Notes under the pieces: model-generated
Seen by the model: only the letters and a program-made list of their open reading frames with translations
What the model was told of the DNA's origin: nothing
The model's database searches: none
NCBI GenBank assembly: GCA_030065875.1
Contig: JASJCR010000052.1
Coordinates: 2,347-66,346 of the forward strand
DNA: 64,000 nt
Direction of reading: 5' to 3'
Source: Ardenticatenaceae bacterium
GTDB lineage: Bacteria > Chloroflexota > Anaerolineae > Promineifilales > Promineifilaceae
Program-made: the position numbers and the translations under genes
Shown here: one piece after another, positions 9,522 through 18,331 of the stretch
How positions within the stretch are numbered: position 1 is the stretch's first letter
Layout of the letters: the number at the start of each line of letters is the position of its first letter

Positions 9522-10844
9522 TTAATACCAAGTTAGCTTTCGCATCACACTTTCTACGCCACTAACCACTTTTGATAATTGTGAATTTGGAATTGCGGGA
9601 CCAATTGCAAAGCGTTTTTTATTTGCTTGGTCAATAAAGTTTTCTCGTGCGGCAAGGCGGGCGCGTCCTACAAGGTCTTTCCATATCGGTACACGGCTTT
9701 TAGCATATGGTTTGGCGATGATTTCTTTAAAGTGGGTTCGGATATCGTCTGGGTTTGGATATTTTTCAAGCGCGTTTGCAATCTGTTTACCCACCAATTC
9801 AGCATCTTCAATGGCTAAGCTTGCACCCATCCCAATCGTCGGCAGAATCGCATGTGCAGCATCTCCTATTAGAAGAAGGTTACAATTCTCAGGGGAGGGG
9901 TTCAATAAAGGATCTGTATCTTTCATTCGCCACAAGTAAATCTTGTAACTATCCCAATCATCTACATGGTCTAATGCTTCTAGGTATGTGGAATCATGAG
10001 GGCAAGCGTCTTCAACCAGCGAAGCCGCAATGTTACGTTTTGTGAAGGCCGGTATTTCAGCCCATTTTTCATCATTCTGAAGGTTGTTTTGGGCCCAAAG
10101 CGCTTGTTTTGTGTGATGGTCAAAGCCAATACCATAAGCTAAACGATTTTTACCCAATGGAAAGAGCGTTAAAGTGGATTTGGTCCCCATGATAAGCTGG
10201 CTGGTTCCACCATTGGATAAATTCAGAAAACGTTCAGAGGCATCCAGAGGATTTTTGGGCTCGACCAGCATATACATGCAAGAGAAGCCCTGATCAATTT
10301 TTTCAGCAGATTCTGGGTAAAACAAACGACGAGCGGTGGAAAATGAGCCATCACAGGCAATAAAGATATCGAAGATAAATTGATCACGCTTGTTTACGTG
10401 ATCAATTGTCTCGACTTGAACGGAACCATCTGCTAAGGCCGCAATGTCGACGACTTTATGTTGCATCTTGACTGTCGTTGTAGATATTAAATCTGAAAGA
10501 TCGCTTAAAAACTCTTGTCTGACCACGCAGCGAGTATATTCCGGATTGCTATTGATTGGTTGGAACCGGCGATTTAGTCTGCTGTTGTAGAACTCAATTG
10601 TATGGGCGCGAACGCCTCTATGTAGCGCTCGCTCCTTAATGCCTATTCGTTCTAAGGCACGACAGGCTCTTTCTTGAATACCATACTCCACGCCAGGGTA
10701 ATCATAAGGTGTCTCGTTTTTATCAAACAGGATAATGTCGAAATCAACATTTGGTGCATAAGCTTCAAGGGCCAATGCAGTGGTCAGACCGGCCGGGCCT
10801 GCTCCAACAATGCCTATTTTGACAGCTTTTTTATCTTGTTTCAT
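9522..10844 (-). CDS. FAD-dependent monooxygenase
   Basis: 440-aa ORF with the N-terminal GIVGAGPAGLTTALAL (GxGxxG) and the GDAAHAILPTIGMGASLAIEDA motif of flavoprotein aromatic hydroxylases. Confidence 0.85.
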   Translation of the reverse strand: MKQDKKAVKIGIVGAGPAGLTTALALEAYAPNVDFDIILFDKNETPYDYPGVEYGIQERACRALERIGIKERALHRGVRAHTIEFYNSRLNRRFQPINSNPEYTRCVVRQEFLSDLSDLISTTTVKMQHKVVDIAALADGSVQVETIDHVNKRDQFIFDIFIACDGSFSTARRLFYPESAEKIDQGFSCMYMLVEPKNPLDASERFLNLSNGGTSQLIMGTKSTLTLFPLGKNRLAYGIGFDHHTKQALWAQNNLQNDEKWAEIPAFTKRNIAASLVEDACPHDSTYLEALDHVDDWDSYKIYLWRMKDTDPLLNPSPENCNLLLIGDAAHAILPTIGMGASLAIEDAELVGKQIANALEKYPNPDDIRTHFKEIIAKPYAKSRVPIWKDLVGRARLAARENFIDQANKKRFAIGPAIPNSQLSKVVSGVESVMRKLTWY

Positions 10845-10885
10845 CCACTTATTTTCCTTATGACCGATAATTGTATTTTGTTCTG

Positions 10886-11356
10886 TTATGAGAGAGCCGG
10901 TTTTGAACCACGTAATTTGTCCAGCAGGTAATTTAACTGTTTGGCTTCATTTGCTGTTAAGTTTTTTCTGAGGCGGGTATAACTTTCTAACTTCTCATCC
11001 ATTAGCCTAAGCGTTCTGAGCCCCTTTGCACTCAAAGTAATATCAACCATGCGGCGATTATCGGAGTTTGTTTGCCTTTCAATCAGCCCCAGCTTGTACA
11101 GCTTGTCGAGGAGGCGGGTCATATCACCCCGTTTATTGAGCAGCAGCTCTTTAATCACACCCACCTGCATTGGATTAGGATGATGAATCTCAATAACTTT
11201 CAAAATATTGTAATGTTGGTCGTTAATGTTGAACGGTTTTAGCGTGTGCTGCATGATGCTGAACAACACGTTGTGGGTATGAAGCAAATTGACAATCGCT
11301 CGTTCTTGTTCGTCTTTGAAAGGCTTTGCTAACAGAATTTCGTGTTCTATGCTCAT
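10886..11356 (-). CDS. MarR-family transcriptional regulator
   Basis: Start taken at MSIEHEILL. The winged-helix region is QVGVIKELLLNKRGDMTRLLDKLYKLGLIERQTNSDNRRMVDITLSAKG. The longer track ORF (to 11440) would cover the operator. Confidence 0.8.
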   Translation of the reverse strand: MSIEHEILLAKPFKDEQERAIVNLLHTHNVLFSIMQHTLKPFNINDQHYNILKVIEIHHPNPMQVGVIKELLLNKRGDMTRLLDKLYKLGLIERQTNSDNRRMVDITLSAKGLRTLRLMDEKLESYTRLRKNLTANEAKQLNYLLDKLRGSKPALS

Positions 11357-11383
11357 AAGTGATCTGATTATGGGGCAAAATGC

Positions 11384-11408
11384 TGTAATTACAAAATATG
11401 TAATTACA
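11384..11408. promoter_or_regulatory. Candidate MarR operator (two palindromic 10-mers)
   Basis: TGTAATTACA-aaata-TGTAATTACA, 28 nt upstream of the MarR start. Each 10-mer is a perfect palindrome. Confidence 0.55.
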
Positions 11409-11477
11409 GATATACTATCTTTGATCGTACTCAATGTCAACCCTCAGGGATTGAGCCCCTCTCAGCGCAATCAGGCC

Positions 11478-11527
11478 GCCTCATGGCTTCCAGCCGACGC
11501 GAAGCGCGGTTGAAGCGGCCGTTCAGT
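11478..11527 (+). repeat. attC-like site f
   Basis: GCCTCAT-g-GCTTCCAGCCGACGC-gaa-GCGCGGTTGAAGC-ggcc-GTTCAGT. It has the same architecture as sites c and e, but its R boxes are weaker. Confidence 0.5.
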
Positions 11528-11636
11528 GGTTTAACTCACCATGTTAAATTATTGAAAACCTGCAAATTAAGCAGATCAACGGCGGACAATTCAAATCATG
11601 CAAAATGAGAGAAGAAGGTTACCGTATCTACGCTGG

Positions 11637-12026
11637 TCAGAAATTGTTGCTAGGAGACAGTTTCATTTCTGGTTTTCTGAAGTACCACGATACGACAATA
11701 AAAATAGTTTGCATAAGCGGAGCAGAAGCCTCAACGATCTGACCACTCGCCAAATGTGAAAAAACAGCCCCTGTCATAGCGAAAAACAATCCAGCATATG
11801 CCCACTCTTTCACCAGTTTATAACCAGGAATCAAGATCACGATAACACCAAGAATCTTCCACATGCCTATGATGTACAAGAAGTATTGTGGGTAGCCTAG
11901 CGGGATGATTAAGTCAACCATCCCTTGTAATTGGAGTAAGGCTGCTGCACCACTTCCAAATTGACCAAAGACCATTAGCAGTGTGGCAACCCAATAGATT
12001 ATGTGATTCCATCTTTGTTTGTTCAT
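11637..12026 (-). CDS. DoxX-like family membrane protein
   Basis: 129-aa, four-TM ORF with GYPQYFLYIIGMWKILGVIVILIPGYKLVKEWAYAG, typical of DoxX-like proteins. Confidence 0.75.
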   Translation of the reverse strand: MNKQRWNHIIYWVATLLMVFGQFGSGAAALLQLQGMVDLIIPLGYPQYFLYIIGMWKILGVIVILIPGYKLVKEWAYAGLFFAMTGAVFSHLASGQIVEASAPLMQTIFIVVSWYFRKPEMKLSPSNNF

Positions 12027-12071
12027 GTTTCTCTCCGTGTGATGTAGCTGGCTGGCAACAGGGAAGTAGAC

Positions 12072-12563
12072 TTACGCCGCCAAAAACTCACCCAGCTTAT
12101 CTAGCTGCTGCTTGTAGCCCCACCGCATGCCAAAGGCTGCCATTTGCGCACCGAGCCCAGTTTTGATGATCGTAACCCTTAGATTCAAGGTCGTTTTTCC
12201 ATTTTCGCCTGTCAATGTCAGTTCGTTAATCTGATCAATAGTAGAAGTATCTTTTTCACCCTCAGTCCATGCCTGAGCGTTGTATGTTAATTTTGATGGC
12301 GCTTCAATCACGGTGAAGGTGCCCTCCATCGGCCAGCGCGTCCCCTTGTATTTGCCCATCGCATCTCCAGCCTCAACAACGATGTAGATTCTTCCGCCCA
12401 CACGTAGGTCAATCTCACATTCTGAAACAATGGTATCTTTTGCTCCCCACCACTGCTTCACGAGTGTAGGATCCGTCCATGCGTTCCAAACTCTATCGAT
12501 TGGTGCGTCATAAGTGCGCTCGAAACGCACCTCTTTTTTCTTGCGAAACAGGTTCAAAAACAT
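12072..12563 (-). CDS. SRPBCC (AHSA1/START-like) domain protein
   Basis: 163-aa ORF. FERTYDAPIDRVWNAWTDPTLVKQWWG is the characteristic start of Aha1-like SRPBCC proteins. Confidence 0.8.
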   Translation of the reverse strand: MFLNLFRKKKEVRFERTYDAPIDRVWNAWTDPTLVKQWWGAKDTIVSECEIDLRVGGRIYIVVEAGDAMGKYKGTRWPMEGTFTVIEAPSKLTYNAQAWTEGEKDTSTIDQINELTLTGENGKTTLNLRVTIIKTGLGAQMAAFGMRWGYKQQLDKLGEFLAA

Positions 12564-12582
12564 GATGCTTGTCTTGAGAAAA

Positions 12583-12954
12583 CTAGTTGTTGATAACCGC
12601 CTTACTCACTATTTCAGCGATTTTTTCTTCGGTTGCTTTGTCGAGGTCTGTAAAAAACCATGCATGTGGCATCAGTTGATCAGTCGCCTCTTCTTCAAGG
12701 GTGAAGTTCGCCTTTTCGGAAAGACCAAACGTCATATAGTCATCTTTGCGAAAATAGCAGAGGACCGGCCGGCTCTTCGACAAGGCGTACCCAGGCATGC
12801 CATACCACAATCTGGGTTTGAGCGCTGGCACGCTCTTTGTGATGACTTCATGAAGACGCATACCCATGGTGCGATACGGCTCTGGCATTTCGGCGATCTT
12901 TGCGAGGACGGCTTCCTCGTCGTTTGCCTTACTTGCTACCCTTTTCTTACTCAT
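12583..12954 (-). CDS. DUF1801 (YdhG-like) domain protein
   Basis: Start taken at MSKKRVASK. The PALKPRLWYGMPGYA motif and the gene's position beside ArsR and SRPBCC genes are both typical. Confidence 0.7.
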   Translation of the reverse strand: MSKKRVASKANDEEAVLAKIAEMPEPYRTMGMRLHEVITKSVPALKPRLWYGMPGYALSKSRPVLCYFRKDDYMTFGLSEKANFTLEEEATDQLMPHAWFFTDLDKATEEKIAEIVSKAVINN

Positions 12955-12964
12955 AGTAAATACC

Positions 12965-13273
12965 TCAATCATCAGCTGAACTTAAAAATGAATCTAGGGA
13001 ATCAAGTCGTTGTTCCCAAAGTTGAATAATTTGGGTTGCCCACACCTCAACCTCAGCAATGCCCTCAGGATTAATCTGATAAATGCGCTGCTGGCCCCGC
13101 CTTTCGACCAGCACCAGATTTGCATCCAGAAGCACTTTTAGATGTTGGGAAATAGCAGAAGCCGTAATCGTAAAATGCCTGCTAATCTCTGTCGCGGTCA
13201 AACGGCCATTTCTAGCCAACGTTTCCACAATGGTGAGCCTTGCCGGTACAGCAAGGGCAGAAAATGCGTTCAT
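12965..13273 (-). CDS. ArsR/SmtB-family transcriptional regulator
   Basis: 102-aa ORF with ALAVPARLTIVETLARNGRLTATEISRHFTITASAISQHLKVLLDANLV. It is the first gene of a four-gene minus-strand unit. Confidence 0.85.
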   Translation of the reverse strand: MNAFSALAVPARLTIVETLARNGRLTATEISRHFTITASAISQHLKVLLDANLVLVERRGQQRIYQINPEGIAEVEVWATQIIQLWEQRLDSLDSFLSSADD

Positions 13274-13490
13274 AGTTAACCTAACGGGCAGTCTGGTTTT
13301 GGTGAAGTTCCCCCTATTAGGATTTCACAATGTCAATGCATTCTAAAATGCCCTGCCTACAATCCGTAATGGGTTCTAATTCACCTTAACTACCACGCAG
13401 CTATTATAAAGCACGCGCTTAATTAAGTCAACACTAAATTAACTGCACTCCCTTACACATGGAAAATAGCCCAGGGGCTCGATTATCGAA

Positions 13491-13543
13491 CCCCAACAAA
13501 GCTGGCAGTCAACGTGAAGTGCGGCTCACGCAGGCGGTTGGCC
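13491..13543 (+). repeat. attC-like site g
   Basis: CCCCAAC-aaa-GCTGGCAGTC...GCGGCTCACGC-aggcg-GTTGGCC. Confidence 0.5.
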
Positions 13544-13601
13544 TGCGAAAATTGAATGAAAGAAAACAAAAGAGAAGCGATCCTCTGAAAAACTTGAATC
13601 G

Positions 13602-14999
13602 TTACACAGGATCAGCAGAAAGCGGCTGCGTGCGCGACAGCCCCCAGACAACAACGGCACTTCCAGCGGCGATAAAACACAGCACCCCGGCAAAGAGGAA
13701 CGCCAACACATATTGCTGTGTTATATCAAACAGGACACCTCCTACAACTGGCCCCAAAATACCGGCGACGCCATATGCTGTAAAGATCCAGCCGTAATTC
13801 ATGCCTATGTTTTTGGTGCCAAAGTAATCGGCCGTTGCCGAGGGGAAGAGAGCAAAGTTGCCGCCAAAGTTCAAACCAACCCACGCTGAAGCGAGAAATA
13901 CCGCCAGGTGCGATTCGACACTGACCAAGATCATAAAGGCCATTCCCTGCGCGAGAAACATCATCATCATCGCTCGCGGCCGGTCAATGATATCACTAAC
14001 GCGACCCCAGAAAATGCGCCCCAGGGCATTAAAAATCGCCAGAATGCCAACCGGTTCGACAAAGCGTCCGAAAGTCCCCATCCATTCTGGAGCAAAGGTT
14101 TGGCCCTGTAATATGGAGGCCATCAGCGGCTTCCATTGGCCAATCGCCATTAAGCCTGATGTGGCTCCAAAAATAAAGGTCAACCACATCATACAGGCCA
14201 GGGGGGTGTTCAGCATCTGTTGCCATTCTAAGTCGGCTTGGACTTTCGCTTGTGTCTGGGTTCCCTCCCAACCTGGAGGAGCCCAGCCTTCAGGTGGATT
14301 GCGCAATAACATGGCCCCCATGATCACGGCTACAGCAGCGACAATGCCGTGTAAGACAAAAAACGACTGCCAGCCGATCCCAAAGCCGGTACCCTCCCTG
14401 ATTCCTAACCCGACCATTAGGATTTGGGAAAGGCCCATGGCCTCCGCGCCCTGGCCGGGCGGAAGAAGCAAGATGGATGCCGGGCCTGCAAAAAAGAGGG
14501 CCCCCGCTCCAAATCCGGCTACCGCCAACCCGGTGATTAACCCTTTTTTATCGGGATACCATTTGACGGCCGCGGCGATAGGGCAGACATAGGCAAAACC
14601 AATGCCCGCTCCGCCGATAAGACCGTATGTCAAATATAGCGCCCAGGGGCGGTTTTCGTTCACCAACAACGCTCCCAATAGAAACGACAGCCCCAGAAGT
14701 ATCCCTCCAATGGCCGCGACTTTTCGTGGCCCAATCTTGTCTTGCAGTCGCCCAGCTGGAATCATGCTAATGGCAAATGCTGCTAAGGCAAAGGAGAAGG
14801 CCCATTGGGTCGTGGCCCGGCTCCAGCCGAATTCCAGCTCGAGTGGTCTGACAAAGACGCTGAATGCATATACCGTCCCCAAGATAATCTGAACAATCAA
14901 CGCCCCAACGATGACTGTCCAGCGATTGCTGCCCACTTCTCTAGTGGACTCTGTTTGCTTACCTACAAGTTTTTGCGGGTGGCTCTTAAATGTGGTCAC
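13602..14999 (-). CDS. MFS transporter (oxalate/formate antiporter-like)
   Basis: 465-aa ORF with about 12 predicted TM segments, including MIPAGRLQDKIGPRKVA (the MFS loop 2-3 motif). Confidence 0.8.
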   Translation of the reverse strand: MTTFKSHPQKLVGKQTESTREVGSNRWTVIVGALIVQIILGTVYAFSVFVRPLELEFGWSRATTQWAFSFALAAFAISMIPAGRLQDKIGPRKVAAIGGILLGLSFLLGALLVNENRPWALYLTYGLIGGAGIGFAYVCPIAAAVKWYPDKKGLITGLAVAGFGAGALFFAGPASILLLPPGQGAEAMGLSQILMVGLGIREGTGFGIGWQSFFVLHGIVAAVAVIMGAMLLRNPPEGWAPPGWEGTQTQAKVQADLEWQQMLNTPLACMMWLTFIFGATSGLMAIGQWKPLMASILQGQTFAPEWMGTFGRFVEPVGILAIFNALGRIFWGRVSDIIDRPRAMMMMFLAQGMAFMILVSVESHLAVFLASAWVGLNFGGNFALFPSATADYFGTKNIGMNYGWIFTAYGVAGILGPVVGGVLFDITQQYVLAFLFAGVLCFIAAGSAVVVWGLSRTQPLSADPV

Positions 15000-15312
15000 A
15001 TTTCACCTGGCCTTGGAATGATTAGACTCAGTAAAATCAGGCAACGTGTACGCTCGCGCTCGTTCGCACTATAAATAAGTGTATTTACAATCCCATCGGT
15101 TTTCATAGTGTCATTTATCACCCCCCGAATGGATGAGTGTCATTGGTGAAACTCCATCAGATGATACCGGATATGACGTGATTTAATTGGCGTCTCCTAC
15201 ACTTTGCCCGACATCATTAAGCGCACCGTCTCAACTGAACAATAAAAAAATGGAGGTGAAGTCGGTTGAAAAAAGGAATGTGTCATGGAATACTTCAAAT
15301 GAACAGTAATTC

Positions 15313-15852
15313 ATGAAAAGAGTATTTGACATAATCATCTCAACTGTTTTATTGGTTGCCTCGTTACCGATGATGGTGATCATTGCAATCGGGATTAAAT
15401 TTGATTCGCCAGGAGTGATCTTTGTAGGGTCAAAGCGAATGGGTCGGCATGGTAAACCCTTTAGTTATTTTCGTTTTCGTACAATGGGAGGCGAGCCATT
15501 AAGAAGGACGCGTTTCGGCCGATTGATAGGAAATTTATCGCTGGATGATATTCCAACGCTGTGGAATGTTCTGCGTGGCGATATGAGTTTAATTGGTCCT
15601 CGACCCGAGTTGGTTGAAAAGGTGGATTTAACAGATCCGGATTGGCAAAAAGTGCTTTCGGTGAAACCCGGTCTCTCCGGTCCTGCACTTCTTACATTGA
15701 GGGAGCGATATAATCAAACAACAGTGAAGGAGCGCATACAACCGGATATAAAATACGCAGAGAATAGCTCATTGACGTACGATATCCGACTGCTGTTCGA
15801 GACACTATACTGGTGGATTCGTAACCGAGGGCATATTAAAGGTCGTTTTTAA
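15313..15852 (+). CDS. Small monotopic phosphoglycosyl (sugar) transferase, PglC/WbaP C-terminal type
   Basis: 179-aa ORF with one N-terminal hydrophobic hairpin, KFDSPGVIF, FRFRTM and LDDIPTLWNVLRGDMSLIGPRP. Confidence 0.8.
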   Translation: MKRVFDIIISTVLLVASLPMMVIIAIGIKFDSPGVIFVGSKRMGRHGKPFSYFRFRTMGGEPLRRTRFGRLIGNLSLDDIPTLWNVLRGDMSLIGPRPELVEKVDLTDPDWQKVLSVKPGLSGPALLTLRERYNQTTVKERIQPDIKYAENSSLTYDIRLLFETLYWWIRNRGHIKGRF

Positions 15853-15885
15853 CGCTCAAACGGCAATCAGAATGAGCACGGCATC

Positions 15886-16107
15886 ATGGTTCTGAGCACC
15901 CTCTTGGGTATAGCATTTGGTTGGCTGTTCTGGAAACTGGGAATTGAGTGGGCGATCTTCGCCCATTTTGCCTATGATGCCATCGTTAGTGCAGGGTTAC
16001 TAAAAGTTTATCTATTGGCTAACCCGCTGGTTTGGGCCGGATTCCTCACGGTCTTGGTTCTAGCTTCCTGGATGGCCTGGTGGACAATAAACCGGATAGT
16101 TAACTAA
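15886..16107 (+). pseudogene. CPBP-family intramembrane protease, C-terminal remnant
   Basis: The ORF is only 73 aa. It keeps the last CPBP motif (IEWAIFAHFAYDAIV) but lacks the N-terminal EExxxR motif region. Its last codons lie inside a dispersed repeat copy. Confidence 0.45.
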
Positions 16108-16154
16108 AAGTGATTTATTGCGTTTTGGTCCCTTTGGCCTATTCATCGGGAAGG
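16091..16154. repeat. Partial copy of the 29717-29869 element
   Basis: aaccggat...gatttattgcgttttggtccctttggcctattcatcgggaagg matches 29771-29846, apart from a deletion in the ccgatgaat hairpin. Confidence 0.7.
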
Positions 16155-16235
16155 CAATCGGGGGCGTATGTCAAATACACATCTGCATATAAAATAGATA
16201 GCGACTATGAAAGCAGTTCGGGTTGGAGATAACTC

Positions 16236-17060
16236 ATGAACGGTATGATTTTAGCCCAAAAAATAGCAGATGAATTTTGGAACATTCCGGATGTAGAAGC
16301 AGTCGCCCTTGGGGGGTCACAAAGTAGTGGTGTACTCGATCAAGATTCGGATATTGATCTTTACGTTTATTCAAAAGAAGTTGTGCCCTTAGAGAACCGC
16401 CAGAAGATAGTAGAAAAACTAGGAGCGAGCAGGGCGGATATGAATCTCACATTTTGGGATACGGGGGATGAATGGTTTGATCGAGACACAGGCATTGAAG
16501 TAGATATAATCTATTGGAGCCCGGCCTGGATTGAGGAACAGCTAGATCGGGTGCTTGTAAATCACCAGGCAAGCATGGGATACACGACGTGTTTTTGGCG
16601 GACAGTGAAGCATTCAAAAATATTGTATGATCGTGACGGCTGGTTTAGGGGATTGCAGGTAAAAGCCAATCAACCTTATCCTGCCCAATTAAAGCGAGCG
16701 ATCATCGCCAAAAATCACCCCGTTTTGAGAACGGTAATTCCTTCGTATCACAATCAAATCAAGAAAGCACTGGGGCGACAGGATTTGGTAAGCGTCAACC
16801 ATCGGATTGCCTCGCTGCTTGCAAGTTATTTTGATGTGTTGTTTGCTCTAAATGGGGTTCTGAACCCTGGCGAGAAGAAGATGATCTGGTTTGTAAAAAC
16901 AGAATGTTCTCATTTTCCAGCCGATTTTGAACGACAGATCACGAACATCTTCCAGTCGGCCGCCACTGGAGATATAAACCTGTTGAAACAGGTGAATGAA
17001 CTGTTGGATGGACTGGATGAATTGTTGAGGAAAAAGGGTCTGATCCAGGCCAAGCTTTGA
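16236..17060 (+). CDS. Nucleotidyltransferase-domain protein with a helical C-terminal domain (DUF4037/KNTase-like)
   Basis: 274-aa ORF. ALGGSQSSGVLDQDSDIDLYVY fits the hG[GS]x9-13Dh[DE]h nucleotidyltransferase signature. Confidence 0.7.
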   Translation: MNGMILAQKIADEFWNIPDVEAVALGGSQSSGVLDQDSDIDLYVYSKEVVPLENRQKIVEKLGASRADMNLTFWDTGDEWFDRDTGIEVDIIYWSPAWIEEQLDRVLVNHQASMGYTTCFWRTVKHSKILYDRDGWFRGLQVKANQPYPAQLKRAIIAKNHPVLRTVIPSYHNQIKKALGRQDLVSVNHRIASLLASYFDVLFALNGVLNPGEKKMIWFVKTECSHFPADFERQITNIFQSAATGDINLLKQVNELLDGLDELLRKKGLIQAKL

Positions 17061-17133
17061 TGGCCTCATATTCGCCTGACCACGCTTACGTCCGATGCGG
17101 CGTGCTGGATTTTATTAAAATTTTTAACCCAAA

Positions 17134-17814
17134 ATGAAAATTTCATTTGACGAAGAGAATGACGTTATCGTATTCCGTGTGTCTGAATTCGACCACAAAT
17201 ACGAATCTGTCTTGAAACAATGCTTTTACTCTCAGGAAGGCGCGAGTTATACCAAGCGATATCCCAAAAATACAAAGTATTTGGAAAAAATTACGAAATA
17301 TTACTTTGATCACGCGCAAGAGATGTTTGATCAGCTTGGCTATTTTGCTCCAATTCCGTGGAAAAAAGCTTTGTTTGAGTTTGCGAAGGAAGTAGAGGAT
17401 AAAGATATTTTTTGGTGGTTAACCGGCAGTTGTGCGGTTTGCATTAGAGGTATTCCTCTCCAACCTCATGATGTTGACATAATGATTGATTCCTCGGATG
17501 TGAACAAAATTAGCGATATTTTTTCCGATTATCTCATTGAGCCAATTGTTGACACCAACGGATGGTTGACAAAGGATTTTGGGGTTATCTTCAAGCACGC
17601 TAGAATTGACATCGCTTCAGATCCACAGGCAATTTTAGACGATCCAAGGCCTATTGACTGCGGTCCTTACGCATTAGCCAATTTGGAAGAAGTTATTTGG
17701 GAGGGATTAATAATTAGAGTTCCCCCCTTGCAGCTATCACTCAACGCCAACAGAAAACGAAAAAGGCTTGATAGAGTTGAAAAAATAGAGCAATATTTAA
17801 ATCAAATCAGCTAG
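17134..17814 (+). CDS. Hypothetical protein with nucleotidyltransferase-fold signature (ANT(2'')/Lnu-like)
   Basis: 226-aa ORF. WWLTGSCAVCIRGIPLQPHDVDIMID has G-S, 13 residues, then DVD. Assignment by motif only. Confidence 0.5.
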   Translation: MKISFDEENDVIVFRVSEFDHKYESVLKQCFYSQEGASYTKRYPKNTKYLEKITKYYFDHAQEMFDQLGYFAPIPWKKALFEFAKEVEDKDIFWWLTGSCAVCIRGIPLQPHDVDIMIDSSDVNKISDIFSDYLIEPIVDTNGWLTKDFGVIFKHARIDIASDPQAILDDPRPIDCGPYALANLEEVIWEGLIIRVPPLQLSLNANRKRKRLDRVEKIEQYLNQIS

Positions 17815-17976
17815 CGAATGTTTCCAGACAATCTTACTCGCTCCTTTGTCGCCCTGAGAAACGTAACTTAAATGACTAACGGCACATCGTTTGGGCAATC
17901 TTAAAGCAAGTCGTGGCTTTGCAGATGATTGGTATTCACTTGGTTAGACAAAAAGTATAGAAAATGGAGAGAAAAC

Positions 17977-18276
17977 ATGGTTGTGGAATATATTCGTTAT
18001 CGTATTTCAAGCGAGAAACAAAATAGCTTTCTTGAAGCCTATAGCAAAGCTGCGAGTGCCCTTGACGATTCAGAGTATTGTTTGGGGTATGAGCTTTCCC
18101 ATTGTGAGGAAGAACCGGATCGCTTTATTTTGCGAATTGAGTGGACCTCAACCGAAGATCATTTGGGCAAATTTAGATCAAGCCCGGAGTTTCGGGCTTT
18201 TCTGCCCCATATTCGGCCGTATATCAACGATATTGAAGAAATGCAGCACTATCAATTAACTCAGGTGGTATCGTAA
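17977..18276 (+). CDS. ABM (antibiotic biosynthesis monooxygenase-like) domain protein
   Basis: Start taken at MVVEYIRYRI. About 100 aa with WTSTEDHLGKFRSSPEFRAF, typical of ferredoxin-fold ABM proteins. Confidence 0.65.
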   Translation: MVVEYIRYRISSEKQNSFLEAYSKAASALDDSEYCLGYELSHCEEEPDRFILRIEWTSTEDHLGKFRSSPEFRAFLPHIRPYINDIEEMQHYQLTQVVS

Positions 18277-18331
18277 AATAGCAGCCGAGCCATCAATTTG
18301 ACGTCCTTACCTTTCCTTTAGTCAGCTAATT

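Larger units (their letters stand above)
3872..13543 (+). mobile_element. Putative integron-type gene-cassette array lacking an integrase (CALIN-like)
   Basis: Nine attC-like imperfect palindromes share one polarity and bracket small accessory genes. The region is visibly AT-richer than the flanks. No tyrosine recombinase ORF occurs in the window. The left limit is set arbitrarily at a lone GTTAGGG. Confidence 0.55.

Noticed and set aside
17861-17949. Possible further attC-like site (ACGTAAC ... GTTAGAC) between the 17134 ORF and the ABM gene.
   Set aside because: Only the outer boxes and a few flanking bases pair (cgtaacttaaatga versus tcacttggttagac). The interior shows no convincing stem. 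It is too weak to call without a covariance model.
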